Of a stretch of DNA of 64,000 nucleotides, positions 8,858 through 17,432 are shown in pieces. Within the stretch, counting starts at the first letter, position 1; each line of letters begins with the position of its first letter. The notes beneath the pieces were generated by a model. That model was given only the letters and a program-made list of their open reading frames with translations, had not been told where the DNA came from and did not search any database. Position numbers and translations under genes: made by a program. The DNA is from Patescibacteria group bacterium (GTDB lineage Bacteria; Patescibacteriota; Patescibacteriia; Magasanikbacterales; GWA2-37-8), in the NCBI GenBank assembly GCA_004321885.1, contig SCQK01000014.1, forward strand, positions 32,001 to 96,000, written 5' to 3'.

Positions 8858-8896
8858 CGGCAGAAAGGGGGGCATTGTCGTTCATTGTGAGAAATG

Positions 8897-8932
8897 GCCT
8901 TGCGACCGTCGTGTCGCAAGGCATTTTTTTTT
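8897..8932 (+). terminator. Rho-independent terminator
   Basis: GCCTTGCGAC-cgtcgt-GTCGCAAGGC stem (10 bp) followed by A then T9. Confidence 0.6.
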
Positions 8933-8960
8933 CAACAAAATTATGTTATAATATCCATGT

Positions 8961-10619
8961 ATGGTTATAGACTTCTATTCAATCCTGCCCCTCACCTGCG
9001 CTATCTTCGTTGCTTCATTCGGCCTTTTTATTTTAGTAAAAGATTTGCGCTCAAGAATGAACCAGTTGCTGTTTGGTTTTAGCATGAGCATGTTTTTCTG
9101 GATGTTTGGCACGTTTATGATGTTCGCGACAAGAGGCGATCTGGCCGCTTCTGTTTTTTGGGATCGTTTTGTTTACGCTGGGGTGGTTTTCATGCCGCCT
9201 TTCATGCATCACTTTAGCCTGCTTTTCACGAAAAAAATCGGTAAACAAAAATTTCTTTTATTTCTAAATTATTTTTTAGCTTTCGTTTTTCTTTTCGCTA
9301 GCAGGACAGAATATTTTGTTGATGGTCTTTATTATTATTCCTGGGGAGTTCATACGCAGGCCAGGATACTTCACCATTTATTTTTAGCGTGGTTTTTTTG
9401 GGGGACAGGTCTGTTCTTTGTGAACATGATGAATTTTTACCGGAAATCAGCCGATGCTTTGGCAAAATTGCAGACAAAATACGTGTTCGTGGCTTTTGGC
9501 TGTGTGATATTTGTCGGCGGCTCGGCCTATCTTTTTGCCTACGGCATAGATACGAAGTTTCCGTTTTCCTATGTTTCCGGCTTGGTATTTCCGATAATGC
9601 TTTTTTACACGGTGAGCAGGCACCATCTTTTAAACACTAAAGTCATTACGACTGAAGTATTGGTTGGTTTGACGGAATTTTTGCTCGTCATGCAGATATT
9701 TTTTTCCAAATCCGCGTTTGATATTTTTGTCAGGGTTGTTTTCTCCTTGATAGTGGCTTTGATAGGCGTGCTGTTGATACAATCGGTGCGTCGGGAAATA
9801 AAACGCCGCGAAGAAGTGGCCAGCCTGGCCTTCTCTCTGGAAAAAGCCAACATCCGCCTCAAAGAGCTGGACCAGCAAAAGACCGAGTTTCTTTCCATCG
9901 CCTCGCACCAGTTGCGCACCCCGCTCACCGTACTCAAGGGTTACGTTGAGTTGGTGATGGATGGCGCTTACGGCAAACCCACCGCCGGCATTAGAAAAGT
10001 GATGGGTGACATAGACACCAGCAATGAACACCTGGTGAAATTGATAGACGAGTTTTTGGATATTTCGCGCATAGAGCAGGGGCGCGCCAAATACAATTTT
10101 GTCGGCGCCGATATGGTCAAAATCGTGGGCGGCATTGTGAACGAACTGCAGGAAAAAGCCAAAGCCAAAAAATTGCGGCTGACCTGGGACCCGGACGGGG
10201 TGAAAGAAAAAATTTGCGTTGACGAGGAAAAAATCAGGCACGTTATCTTTAATTTTGTGGACAACGCCATCAAGTATTCGGACAAGGGAGCAATACAAGT
10301 ATTGCTGGAGCGCGATGACGGCGGCTTGACGGTGAGGGTGCGAGACAGCGGCATCGGTTTCGGCAAAATAGACGAGGCCAGCTTTTTTCAAAAATTTTAT
10401 CGCGGCGAAAACGTGAAAGCTAAAAACGTTACCGGCACCGGCCTGGGCCTCTATGTTTGTCGCAAGTTCATAGAAGCGCACGGCGGCCGCATTTGGGCCG
10501 CGAGCCAAGGGCTGGGCGCGGGTAGCGAGTTCGGGTTCTGGGTTCCGAACAAACGAAAACCCGAAGCACCCGGTCTTAATCCGCAAAATGTAAATGTCAG
10601 TTGCGGTGTCGGCCGGTAG
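8961..10619 (+). CDS. Sensor histidine kinase with multi-TM N-terminal sensor domain
   Basis: 552 aa. N-terminal polytopic membrane region. HisKA SIASHQLRTPLTVLKGY. HATPase_c DNAIKYS...DSGIGF...GTGLGLYVCRKFIEAHGGRIWA. Confidence 0.85.
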   Translation: MVIDFYSILPLTCAIFVASFGLFILVKDLRSRMNQLLFGFSMSMFFWMFGTFMMFATRGDLAASVFWDRFVYAGVVFMPPFMHHFSLLFTKKIGKQKFLLFLNYFLAFVFLFASRTEYFVDGLYYYSWGVHTQARILHHLFLAWFFWGTGLFFVNMMNFYRKSADALAKLQTKYVFVAFGCVIFVGGSAYLFAYGIDTKFPFSYVSGLVFPIMLFYTVSRHHLLNTKVITTEVLVGLTEFLLVMQIFFSKSAFDIFVRVVFSLIVALIGVLLIQSVRREIKRREEVASLAFSLEKANIRLKELDQQKTEFLSIASHQLRTPLTVLKGYVELVMDGAYGKPTAGIRKVMGDIDTSNEHLVKLIDEFLDISRIEQGRAKYNFVGADMVKIVGGIVNELQEKAKAKKLRLTWDPDGVKEKICVDEEKIRHVIFNFVDNAIKYSDKGAIQVLLERDDGGLTVRVRDSGIGFGKIDEASFFQKFYRGENVKAKNVTGTGLGLYVCRKFIEAHGGRIWAASQGLGAGSEFGFWVPNKRKPEAPGLNPQNVNVSCGVGR

Positions 10620-10684
10620 AGCCCGTCCAGTAGCTTTTTTTCAAAAAATGTTGTAAAATATATTAGATTCCAGCGTTCGCTGGA

Positions 10685-11179
10685 ATGACAAGTAAAAATA
10701 TTATGATTTTTCAAAGAACTCCCAAATATCAGGAAGCCGAGGAAAGTTTTCAAAACGAAGAGGCGGCCGCGGGCGCCGATAACGTGGAAACCGTGGTGGG
10801 GCCATCGGTAAACGTGGAGGGCGATTTTTCATCCGAGGGCAATATCGTGGTGAAAGGCACGGTGGCCGGCAGTGTGCACACCAGCAAGCATTTGTCCGTG
10901 GAAGAGGGCGCCAAGATAATGGCCAACGTCAAAGCCGGCAGCGCGCGCGTTGCGGGCGAGGTAAAGGGCAATATGAAAATAAAAGAAACTTTGGAGCTGA
11001 CCGCCTCGGCCCGGGTGCTGGGCGATATTGAGGTGAAGACCATACAGATAGAATCTGGCGCCTTGCTTTACGGGCGAATAATCATGCCCGGCCTGGAGGG
11101 AATGGAACCGAAAACTTCGCGTCAAAAATACACGACCCGCAAGAACGATTCCTTGCCGGCAGAGAGTTTGCTGAATTAA
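10685..11179 (+). CDS. Bactofilin-family cytoskeletal protein
   Basis: 164 aa. Repetitive beta-helix-like VVGPSVNVEGDFSSEGNIVVKGTVAGSVH...ARVAGEVKGNMKIKETLELTASARVLGDIEV pattern typical of bactofilin (DUF583). Confidence 0.6.
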   Translation: MTSKNIMIFQRTPKYQEAEESFQNEEAAAGADNVETVVGPSVNVEGDFSSEGNIVVKGTVAGSVHTSKHLSVEEGAKIMANVKAGSARVAGEVKGNMKIKETLELTASARVLGDIEVKTIQIESGALLYGRIIMPGLEGMEPKTSRQKYTTRKNDSLPAESLLN

Positions 11180-11225
11180 AAAGTTTTTGGAATTTGGTCA
11201 TTGAATTTTGGGGCTTTTCAGTTTT

Positions 11226-11987
11226 ATGTATGTTTACTTGTACGACAACTTTTTGCGCAAAGATAAATTTTCTTCCACAGTCAAAGCCATGGAAGTGCGG
11301 CTGACGGACTATGGCATTGCTGGCAAAATTTTGCGCCTGAACAATTATATAGACGCCAAGCAGGTGGTGGATGACGAAATCAAAAGAGGCGCCAAGACAG
11401 TGGTGATAGCGGGCAACGACGCCACTTTCGGCCAGATACTTTCGCGCAGCGCCACGTGCGACTGTATTTTCGGTTTTTTGCCGGTTGGCCCGGGCAACAC
11501 CATCGCCGAGGTTTTGGGCATCCCAGCCGGAGTAGAAGCCTGCGCAGTACTTTCGCGCCGCCTGAAAGAACGGCTGGACGTGGGCTGGGTAAACAGCCGT
11601 TATTTTGTCTCGCAATTGCACGTGCCGCCGGCCAAAATAGAAGTGATTTACGATGAAAAATTTAAGGTCTCCAGCGTTGATAAGATGGAAGTGGTAGTTT
11701 GCAATTTACAGCCGTATTTTTGGCAAGACGGCAAAAACGCGCCGCGCCGGGTGGTGCATCCGCAAGACGGCAAGTTAGAAGCCTTTTTGCGGCCGTTGAC
11801 AAAAAAGGGCTGGTGGGGGTATAAGTACGAGGAACCGAGCGTTTTTCCCTTTGAGGAAATGGAAATTGTGGGGCGCGAGGCCTTTGCCGTGCGGGCCGAC
11901 GGCAAGGTTTCCAAAGAAGTAAAGGTAAAAATCAAGCTGGCGCGCAACAAGGTGCGGATGATAGTGGGAAGGGAGAGAAAATTTTGA
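11226..11987 (+). CDS. Diacylglycerol-kinase-catalytic-domain (YegS/NAD-kinase-like) family protein, degenerate motifs
   Basis: VVIAGNDATFGQIL and GFLPVGPGNTIAEVLGIP resemble GGDGT...GxxPxGTGNDFAR of DAGK_cat. Start taken at first ATG (track start is TTG). Confidence 0.45.
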   Translation: MYVYLYDNFLRKDKFSSTVKAMEVRLTDYGIAGKILRLNNYIDAKQVVDDEIKRGAKTVVIAGNDATFGQILSRSATCDCIFGFLPVGPGNTIAEVLGIPAGVEACAVLSRRLKERLDVGWVNSRYFVSQLHVPPAKIEVIYDEKFKVSSVDKMEVVVCNLQPYFWQDGKNAPRRVVHPQDGKLEAFLRPLTKKGWWGYKYEEPSVFPFEEMEIVGREAFAVRADGKVSKEVKVKIKLARNKVRMIVGRERKF

Positions 11988-11996
11988 AATAGAGAA

Positions 11997-12083
11997 GCCC
12001 GGGTGGCGAAACTGGAAGACGCATATCCTTGAGGTGGATACGGCCGCAAGGCCTTGGAGGTTCGAGTCCTCTCCCGGGCACCA
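11997..12083 (+). tRNA. tRNA-Leu(GAG), CCA encoded
   Basis: Acceptor GCCCGGG/CCCGGGC, anticodon stem TATCC/GGATA, loop TTGAGGT (anticodon GAG), long variable arm GGCCGCAAGGCC, T-arm GGAGGTTCGAGTCCTCT, terminal ACCA. Confidence 0.85.
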
Positions 12084-12092
12084 AATAAACTT

Positions 12093-12335
12093 ATGCGCAT
12101 CATTATTGGCATCATCATGGCGCTCGCGGGCGTGCTCGTGATAATAAAATCCGAGTGGTTTATCGCGAACTTCGGCGCCAGCGCCTGGGCCGAAGAAAAG
12201 CTGGGCACGAGCGGCGGCACGCGCCTAATGTACAAGCTGTTGGGGCTATCTTTTATTTTTATCGGCTTCCTTTTGATTACAAATTTAATCGGCGGATTTT
12301 TGATGGCGACAGTGGGCAGATTGTTTATCAGATAG
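12093..12335 (+). CDS. Small two-TM membrane protein
   Basis: 80 aa from ATG 12093 (the track ORF start at 12054 is TTG inside the tRNA). Hydrophobic MRIIIGIIMALAGVLVII... and LLGLSFIFIGFLLITNLIGG. Confidence 0.4.
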   Translation: MRIIIGIIMALAGVLVIIKSEWFIANFGASAWAEEKLGTSGGTRLMYKLLGLSFIFIGFLLITNLIGGFLMATVGRLFIR

Positions 12336-12339
12336 TAAT

Positions 12340-14337
12340 ATGATTCTGATAAAAAAAGACGACGAACTTGACATCGCGATAAGGAAAAGTCACAGTTACG
12401 CATTTTCAACGCCCCATAGCGGGTTGCATTTAATTGAAATCGTCGCGAAAGCCAATAGTTGGTGGCAAAATTTGAAAAGTTTTAAGTCATTTTTAAACGA
12501 CGATGATTTGGTGGTGAAAATAGATGAAACGGAATTTCCAAAATTAAGCGGCCGGAAGGGGTTATTCAATGGAGAGGCGGCGTGGAACGGCGACAACCTG
12601 AAAGGAAATCTAAAGACGGGAATATTTTTGGTTAGTTTGGCATCGGGCGCTCACGTGATAAATTTTTTCGCCGATCAAAAGCCGGTGTTAAAAGGTGTAA
12701 GAATTTATAAAATCGAGCAGGGAGAACCGTATGTGCCGGAAAAAAATAATCCGCCACAAGACGGAGACAGGCGGCAGTGGATGACAATCGCCCTGATTGA
12801 TTTGAGTTTGAAAAGTTTGTTTATCAGCGCTGTCGTTGGCGCTCATCAGAGAGATGACAGCGATATCAAGTTGATTGTTGACGGAAAAATTATACAAAAT
12901 GAGCAAAAAAATTCACACAAGAATTGGTTTTGGTGTGGTAATTTATCAAAAGGAGAACCAAGGGAACTCAACAAAGAGTTGAATCTGCCGAAAGGGTTGC
13001 ATTATGTGGAATTATGGGCGGACAAGACGCCAAAGTTATTGGAATTAAGAATCAATGTCGATAAAGATGATTCCAGAATTAAAGCCAAAATTATTTGGCA
13101 AACCGCCGCGTTAAGGAGAGAGCCAAATCAAAAGGCAGATACTGTAGCTGAGATTTCCGAAGGCAAACAAGTAATAATATTAGAAAAGGCGGTTTTGGGG
13201 AAAAGACCCGCGAACGTAAATGGCGTGTTACTTTCTTCCGACCGTTGGCACAAGGTTGAGTATGAAAACAATGTCGGGTATATTTATTCGGAGGCGGTAG
13301 AGATTGAGGGAGAGGATCCAAAAACGATTGAAAAATTTATTTTGAGCAAAGCCGAAGAAGTGGGAGCAGACGGATGCCTGATGGCGGCGATTGCCAAACG
13401 TGAATCGCATTTTTTCCCCTATGCGGTTTCCGGCGCTGACGCGAAGGGTTTGTTTCAAATGGTAAAAACGTCCCTGACCGATGTAAACGATATTTTTGAC
13501 AAAAAAATTGATAATCTTTTTAATATCGCGCAATCTACAGAAGCGGCAATTTTGTATTTTACAATAATTAGAGAAAGATATAAAAATAAGAACGATTTCC
13601 TTAGAAGATGCTTAGCCGCATGGAATTGGGGCAAAGGAAACGTTGATCCAGGTAATTCATTTTTAATGAAAAAATTGCCTGGCGAAACCCGGATATTTAT
13701 CAACGAGGTTCTAAAAAATTATAATGATTGCAAAAGTAGGTCTGTTTTAAAAGGAAAAATAAATTTATTATTCTTATTGATGAGCGGTTTTTTTATTTCC
13801 GCGATATTATTATCGTTTGCCATTTTTTTTGCTTTCGATGACAAAAATTATAAAGAGCCGCCGTCATATTATGGCGACAATTTTGTTTTAGCCGAGCATG
13901 AAATAGACGTGGATGGCGATGGAACAAAAGAAAAACTGGTCGTCATTAGAGACAAATTAAACTCAACATTTGGCATGACAAGAAACATTTTAGTGAGAAG
14001 TAACGGAAGGTTGCGTGAGTTGTCAAAAGAGGAGGGAAATTTTCTTTGGTGGAAGGTGGGCGATTTCAACGATAACGGCAAAGTTGATATCGCAATTCAT
14101 TATGGATATACCGGTAGCGGTGAGTTTGGAAAGTTTTATTTACAAGAGTGGAACGGAAAAGATTTTACGACTGTATTTATCAGAGAAGATGTTGACAATA
14201 AAGTAAATTTTGTTGATTTGAATCACGATGGAATGGAAGAGATTATTTATACTTATCGGCTGTCAAAGTGGAAGCCAGATAGGTATGATATTTATCAGTG
14301 GAATGCTTTTTCTTCCAAATTAATCCTATATAAGTAA
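12340..14337 (+). CDS. Large multidomain protein: unknown N-domain, SH3b-like, SLT lytic transglycosylase, TM helix, FG-GAP/VCBS-like repeats
   Basis: 665 aa. SLT motif AIAKRESHF...AKGLFQM. SH3b-like KADTVAEISEGKQVIILEKA...SDRWHKVEY. TM LLFLLMSGFFISAILLSFAIFFAF. C-terminal DVDGDGTKE / GDFNDNGKVDIAI / DLNHDGMEEII. Strongly AT-rich. Confidence 0.65.
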   Translation: MILIKKDDELDIAIRKSHSYAFSTPHSGLHLIEIVAKANSWWQNLKSFKSFLNDDDLVVKIDETEFPKLSGRKGLFNGEAAWNGDNLKGNLKTGIFLVSLASGAHVINFFADQKPVLKGVRIYKIEQGEPYVPEKNNPPQDGDRRQWMTIALIDLSLKSLFISAVVGAHQRDDSDIKLIVDGKIIQNEQKNSHKNWFWCGNLSKGEPRELNKELNLPKGLHYVELWADKTPKLLELRINVDKDDSRIKAKIIWQTAALRREPNQKADTVAEISEGKQVIILEKAVLGKRPANVNGVLLSSDRWHKVEYENNVGYIYSEAVEIEGEDPKTIEKFILSKAEEVGADGCLMAAIAKRESHFFPYAVSGADAKGLFQMVKTSLTDVNDIFDKKIDNLFNIAQSTEAAILYFTIIRERYKNKNDFLRRCLAAWNWGKGNVDPGNSFLMKKLPGETRIFINEVLKNYNDCKSRSVLKGKINLLFLLMSGFFISAILLSFAIFFAFDDKNYKEPPSYYGDNFVLAEHEIDVDGDGTKEKLVVIRDKLNSTFGMTRNILVRSNGRLRELSKEEGNFLWWKVGDFNDNGKVDIAIHYGYTGSGEFGKFYLQEWNGKDFTTVFIREDVDNKVNFVDLNHDGMEEIIYTYRLSKWKPDRYDIYQWNAFSSKLILYK

Positions 14338-14338
14338 T

Positions 14339-14887
14339 ATGTCTCACTCCGGCACGGCGCTTCTCAATCCATACAAGATTTTCGCGGACATCAAATTGGC
14401 CAAGGGCATGCGCGTGGCTGATTTGGGTTGCGGCCGCACCGGTCATTTTGTTTTTCCGGCGGCCAAGACCGTGGGCGACACCGGCATTGTTTATGGAGTG
14501 GACGTGATGAAGGATGTCCTGGAAAATATTAAGAGCACGGCGCGCGCCGAGGGTTGCGCCAACGTGCAAACTGTCTGGTCCGACCTGGAGCGCGCGGGCA
14601 AGACGCCTCTGCCTCCGGCCAGCGTGGATGCGTGTTTTTTCGTCAATGTTCTGTTCCAGGTAAAAGACAAACGTTCCGCCATTGCCGAAGCGGCCCGCTT
14701 GCTCAAAAAACAGGGCCATCTGGTGATAATTGACTGGCAAAAAAAATTGGGGATGTTGGGTCCCGCGCCAGGGCAAATGTTAATTATTGACACGCTCGTT
14801 GACTTGGCCGGCCAGAGCATGTTAAAATTGGCCAAACAATTTCAGGCCAGCGATTATCATTTCGGCTTAATTTTCGCAAAGGAATAA
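14339..14887 (+). CDS. Class I SAM-dependent methyltransferase
   Basis: Motif I VADLGCGRTG, downstream acidic/aromatic motifs, 182 aa. Confidence 0.7.
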   Translation: MSHSGTALLNPYKIFADIKLAKGMRVADLGCGRTGHFVFPAAKTVGDTGIVYGVDVMKDVLENIKSTARAEGCANVQTVWSDLERAGKTPLPPASVDACFFVNVLFQVKDKRSAIAEAARLLKKQGHLVIIDWQKKLGMLGPAPGQMLIIDTLVDLAGQSMLKLAKQFQASDYHFGLIFAKE

Positions 14888-14939
14888 AACCTCGCCCCAC
14901 CCCTCTTAATCAAGGGGAGTGAGGGGGAGGAGTAAAAAC

Positions 14940-15338
14940 ATGTCTTGGAAAAATTTATTTGATACTCATTATTGGTTCAGCCAGCCTTATATCGCGCATG
15001 GAAAAGCGCTGTGGTTGCTGGTGGGTTTGTGCCTACTACATATTGTAGTAGGCCTATTTTTACGGGCTTTTTCATACTACCAAAAAGATAAAGTCAACGC
15101 TTCTATTTGCAAACGTTTCAGTTCACTGCTCGCGACAACGGGCGTTTTGGGCGTAATCTGGCTGTTTTTACGTCAGGAGCGCATTCCTTTTTTGGCCTGG
15201 CGTTTTTGGCTGCTGATTTTGGCCGGCATATACGTCTGGTGGCTGTCGTCGGTTGTACGTTTTGCTGTAAAAAGAGCGCCGCAAATACGGCAGGAGCAAG
15301 AGCAGCGGGCGCGGTTGGGGAAGTATTTGCCTAATTAG
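14940..15338 (+). CDS. Hypothetical membrane protein
   Basis: About 4 hydrophobic helices. ATG 14940 chosen (track start 14919 is a GTG extension). Confidence 0.4.
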   Translation: MSWKNLFDTHYWFSQPYIAHGKALWLLVGLCLLHIVVGLFLRAFSYYQKDKVNASICKRFSSLLATTGVLGVIWLFLRQERIPFLAWRFWLLILAGIYVWWLSSVVRFAVKRAPQIRQEQEQRARLGKYLPN

Positions 15339-15340
15339 CT

Positions 15341-15697
15341 ATGCCGTCAAGAAATCAGAAACTGGGTCAGTGGGGAGAAGAGCAGGCCTGCGCTTTCCTG
15401 CGCCGAAACGGATTCAGAATCATTGAAAGAAATTTTCACGCCACGGTCGGAGAAATAGACGTCGTCGCCGCGCAGGGCGGCGATTATTATTTTATAGAAG
15501 TAAAGACGCGCGAGACACCGGAGATGGCCACGGATTTGGCGGTGACGGAGCTGAAAAAGCACAAGCTGGAGAAGACCATGCGCCATTATTGCTATCGCCG
15601 CGACATCAAAAATGTTTCGCTCATCATGGCCGGCTTGCTCGTGGAAATCAGGCGGCCGGAAAAGAAGCTGTTTTTTCGTTTTTGCGTGTATTATTGA
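15341..15697 (+). CDS. YraN/UPF0102-family endonuclease
   Basis: EEQACAFLRRNGFRIIERNF...GEIDVVAAQGGDYYFIEVKTRE matches the UPF0102 GEIDLI...FVEVKTR signature. Confidence 0.75.
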   Translation: MPSRNQKLGQWGEEQACAFLRRNGFRIIERNFHATVGEIDVVAAQGGDYYFIEVKTRETPEMATDLAVTELKKHKLEKTMRHYCYRRDIKNVSLIMAGLLVEIRRPEKKLFFRFCVYY

Positions 15698-15753
15698 CGA
15701 AAAAAGTTTTTTCTGTTATGATGGCGTCAAATAATTAAAATAACTTTTTACGT

Positions 15754-16332
15754 ATGGATTTCAAAAAAGAAAAAACATTCGTGATGATAAAACCAGACGG
15801 CGTGAAGAAAGGTCTGATTGGAGAAATAATCGGACGTTTTGAACAGCGCGATTTGAAGGTAGTGGCTTTGGAGATGTTTCAGCCCACGACCGAGCAAATA
15901 GACGAACACTATCCAAAAGAGGAAGCCTGGATAAGGCGTCTGGGCCAAAAAACCTTGAGCACCTATGAAAAATACGGCCTTGACCCGATGAATGATTTGG
16001 GCACGGCCGATGATTTGGCCATCGGCCAAATGGTGCGCAAGTGGGTGATAGACTATATGACTTCGGCCCCGCTCGTGCGCCTGGTGGTGGAAGGCGTGCA
16101 CGCGGTGGATATGGTGCGCAAAATTTGCGGCGTCACTTTGCCGAACTTGGCTGACGCCGGCACTATCCGCGGCGATTACTCGGTGGATTCTCCGGCCGTG
16201 GCCAACATGGAAAAACGCGCGGTCATGAACCTGGTGCACGCGTCCGAAACCGCGGCCGAGGCCGAGCACGAGATAGGGCATTGGTTTGGGAGCAGGGAAG
16301 TGATATTTGACTACAAGAGATTTACCGACTAA
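15754..16332 (+). CDS. ndk: Nucleoside diphosphate kinase (long form)
   Basis: TFVMIKPDGVKKGLIGEIIGRFE, NLVHASETAAEAEHEIGHWF (NxxHxSDS-like active-site region). Confidence 0.8.
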   Translation: MDFKKEKTFVMIKPDGVKKGLIGEIIGRFEQRDLKVVALEMFQPTTEQIDEHYPKEEAWIRRLGQKTLSTYEKYGLDPMNDLGTADDLAIGQMVRKWVIDYMTSAPLVRLVVEGVHAVDMVRKICGVTLPNLADAGTIRGDYSVDSPAVANMEKRAVMNLVHASETAAEAEHEIGHWFGSREVIFDYKRFTD

Positions 16333-16337
16333 AAAAA

Positions 16338-16362
16338 CGGCGCCCAAAGCGCCGCTTTTTTA
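16338..16362 (+). terminator. Rho-independent terminator after ndk
   Basis: CGGCGC-ccaaa-GCGCCG followed by CTTTTTT. Confidence 0.55.
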
Positions 16363-16417
16363 ATTGAAAATAAATAAAGAAGAGAGTATAATGTTTTCAT
16401 AACAGTAACATACGGGT

Positions 16418-17419
16418 ATGCCAAAAAAAGCAAAAATCGCGGTGTTGGGGGCCGGCAATATGGGCACGGCCATGGCCCAGGTGCTGGCCAAAAATGGCCA
16501 TCAAGTGTATCTGTGGAATCACGAGGGCGACCGGGAGCCGCTGGAGCAGATAAAGCGCTGGCGCGAGAACAAAAAATATTCTCCTGGTATAAAGCTGTCG
16601 CCAAAGATTGTGCCGGAGAAAGATTTGCGCGCCGCGGTCGCGGACGCGGAAATTATTTTTTTCGCGGTGCCCAGCAATTTTATGTCGGCTGTGGTCAGGC
16701 GCTCTGTCGCGTTTTTAAAAAAAGACGCGGTTTGCGTGGATGTTTCCAAGGGCCTGGACGAAAAGACCATGACGATAATTCCCCGGGTCATGCAAGGTTG
16801 TTTGCCAAAAAATTTGAATGCCAAAGTGGTTTCTATTTCCGGCCCGGCCATTGCCAACGAGCTCGCCGCGGGCGGGTTCACGGCCATGAATATCGCGGGC
16901 GCGGACAAAGCGGCCGTGGCCAAAGTCAAGCGCGCCATGGAAAGCAAAAATTTGCGCCTGCGCGCCTGCGCGGATATTCTCGGCGTGGAAATCACCGGCT
17001 CTTTCAAGAATGTTTACGCCATTGCCATGGGCGTCTGCGACGGCCTGAAAATGCCGCTCAACACCAAGGCCGCTCTTTTGGTGCTGGCGCTTAAAGAAAT
17101 CGGCCGGCTGATAAAAAAGATGGGCGGCCGGGCCGAGACGGTTTACGATTTGGCGGGCCTGGGCGACGTGGTGGGCACGGGTTTGTCTTACATCAGCCGC
17201 AACCGCAGATTTGGAGAATATCTGGCGCGCGGCTTAGCGGCCAAAAGCGCCCTCAAAAAAGTGGGCCAGACGGTTGAAGGCCTGGGCGCCAGCCGGGCTT
17301 TGATTTGTTTGGCCGGAAAATACCGGTTGAAAATGCCTTTTGCCGAGACAATTTTTCAAATTACCGAGGGCAAGGCGAAAGCGAAAGCGGCAATGGCAAA
17401 ACTGCTGGCGCATTATTGA
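16418..17419 (+). CDS. gpsA: Glycerol-3-phosphate dehydrogenase [NAD(P)+]
   Basis: KIAVLGAGNMGTAMAQVLAKNGHQVYLW N-terminal Rossmann, GpsA-like middle and C-terminal regions, 333 aa. Confidence 0.85.
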   Translation: MPKKAKIAVLGAGNMGTAMAQVLAKNGHQVYLWNHEGDREPLEQIKRWRENKKYSPGIKLSPKIVPEKDLRAAVADAEIIFFAVPSNFMSAVVRRSVAFLKKDAVCVDVSKGLDEKTMTIIPRVMQGCLPKNLNAKVVSISGPAIANELAAGGFTAMNIAGADKAAVAKVKRAMESKNLRLRACADILGVEITGSFKNVYAIAMGVCDGLKMPLNTKAALLVLALKEIGRLIKKMGGRAETVYDLAGLGDVVGTGLSYISRNRRFGEYLARGLAAKSALKKVGQTVEGLGASRALICLAGKYRLKMPFAETIFQITEGKAKAKAAMAKLLAHY

Positions 17420-17432
17420 AAACGTTAAAGCT

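Noticed and set aside
8065-8875. Long minus-strand ORFs (202 and 208 aa) and several 60-120-aa ORFs overlapping the 7676-8857 gene
   Set aside because: Region is GC-rich, which suppresses stop codons in all frames. Translations are Arg/Pro/Ala-rich low-complexity. Only the + frame has a Rossmann motif.
9630-10586. 318-aa minus-strand ORF antisense to the histidine kinase
   Set aside because: Antisense to HisKA/HATPase domains. No motifs. Typical shadow ORF.
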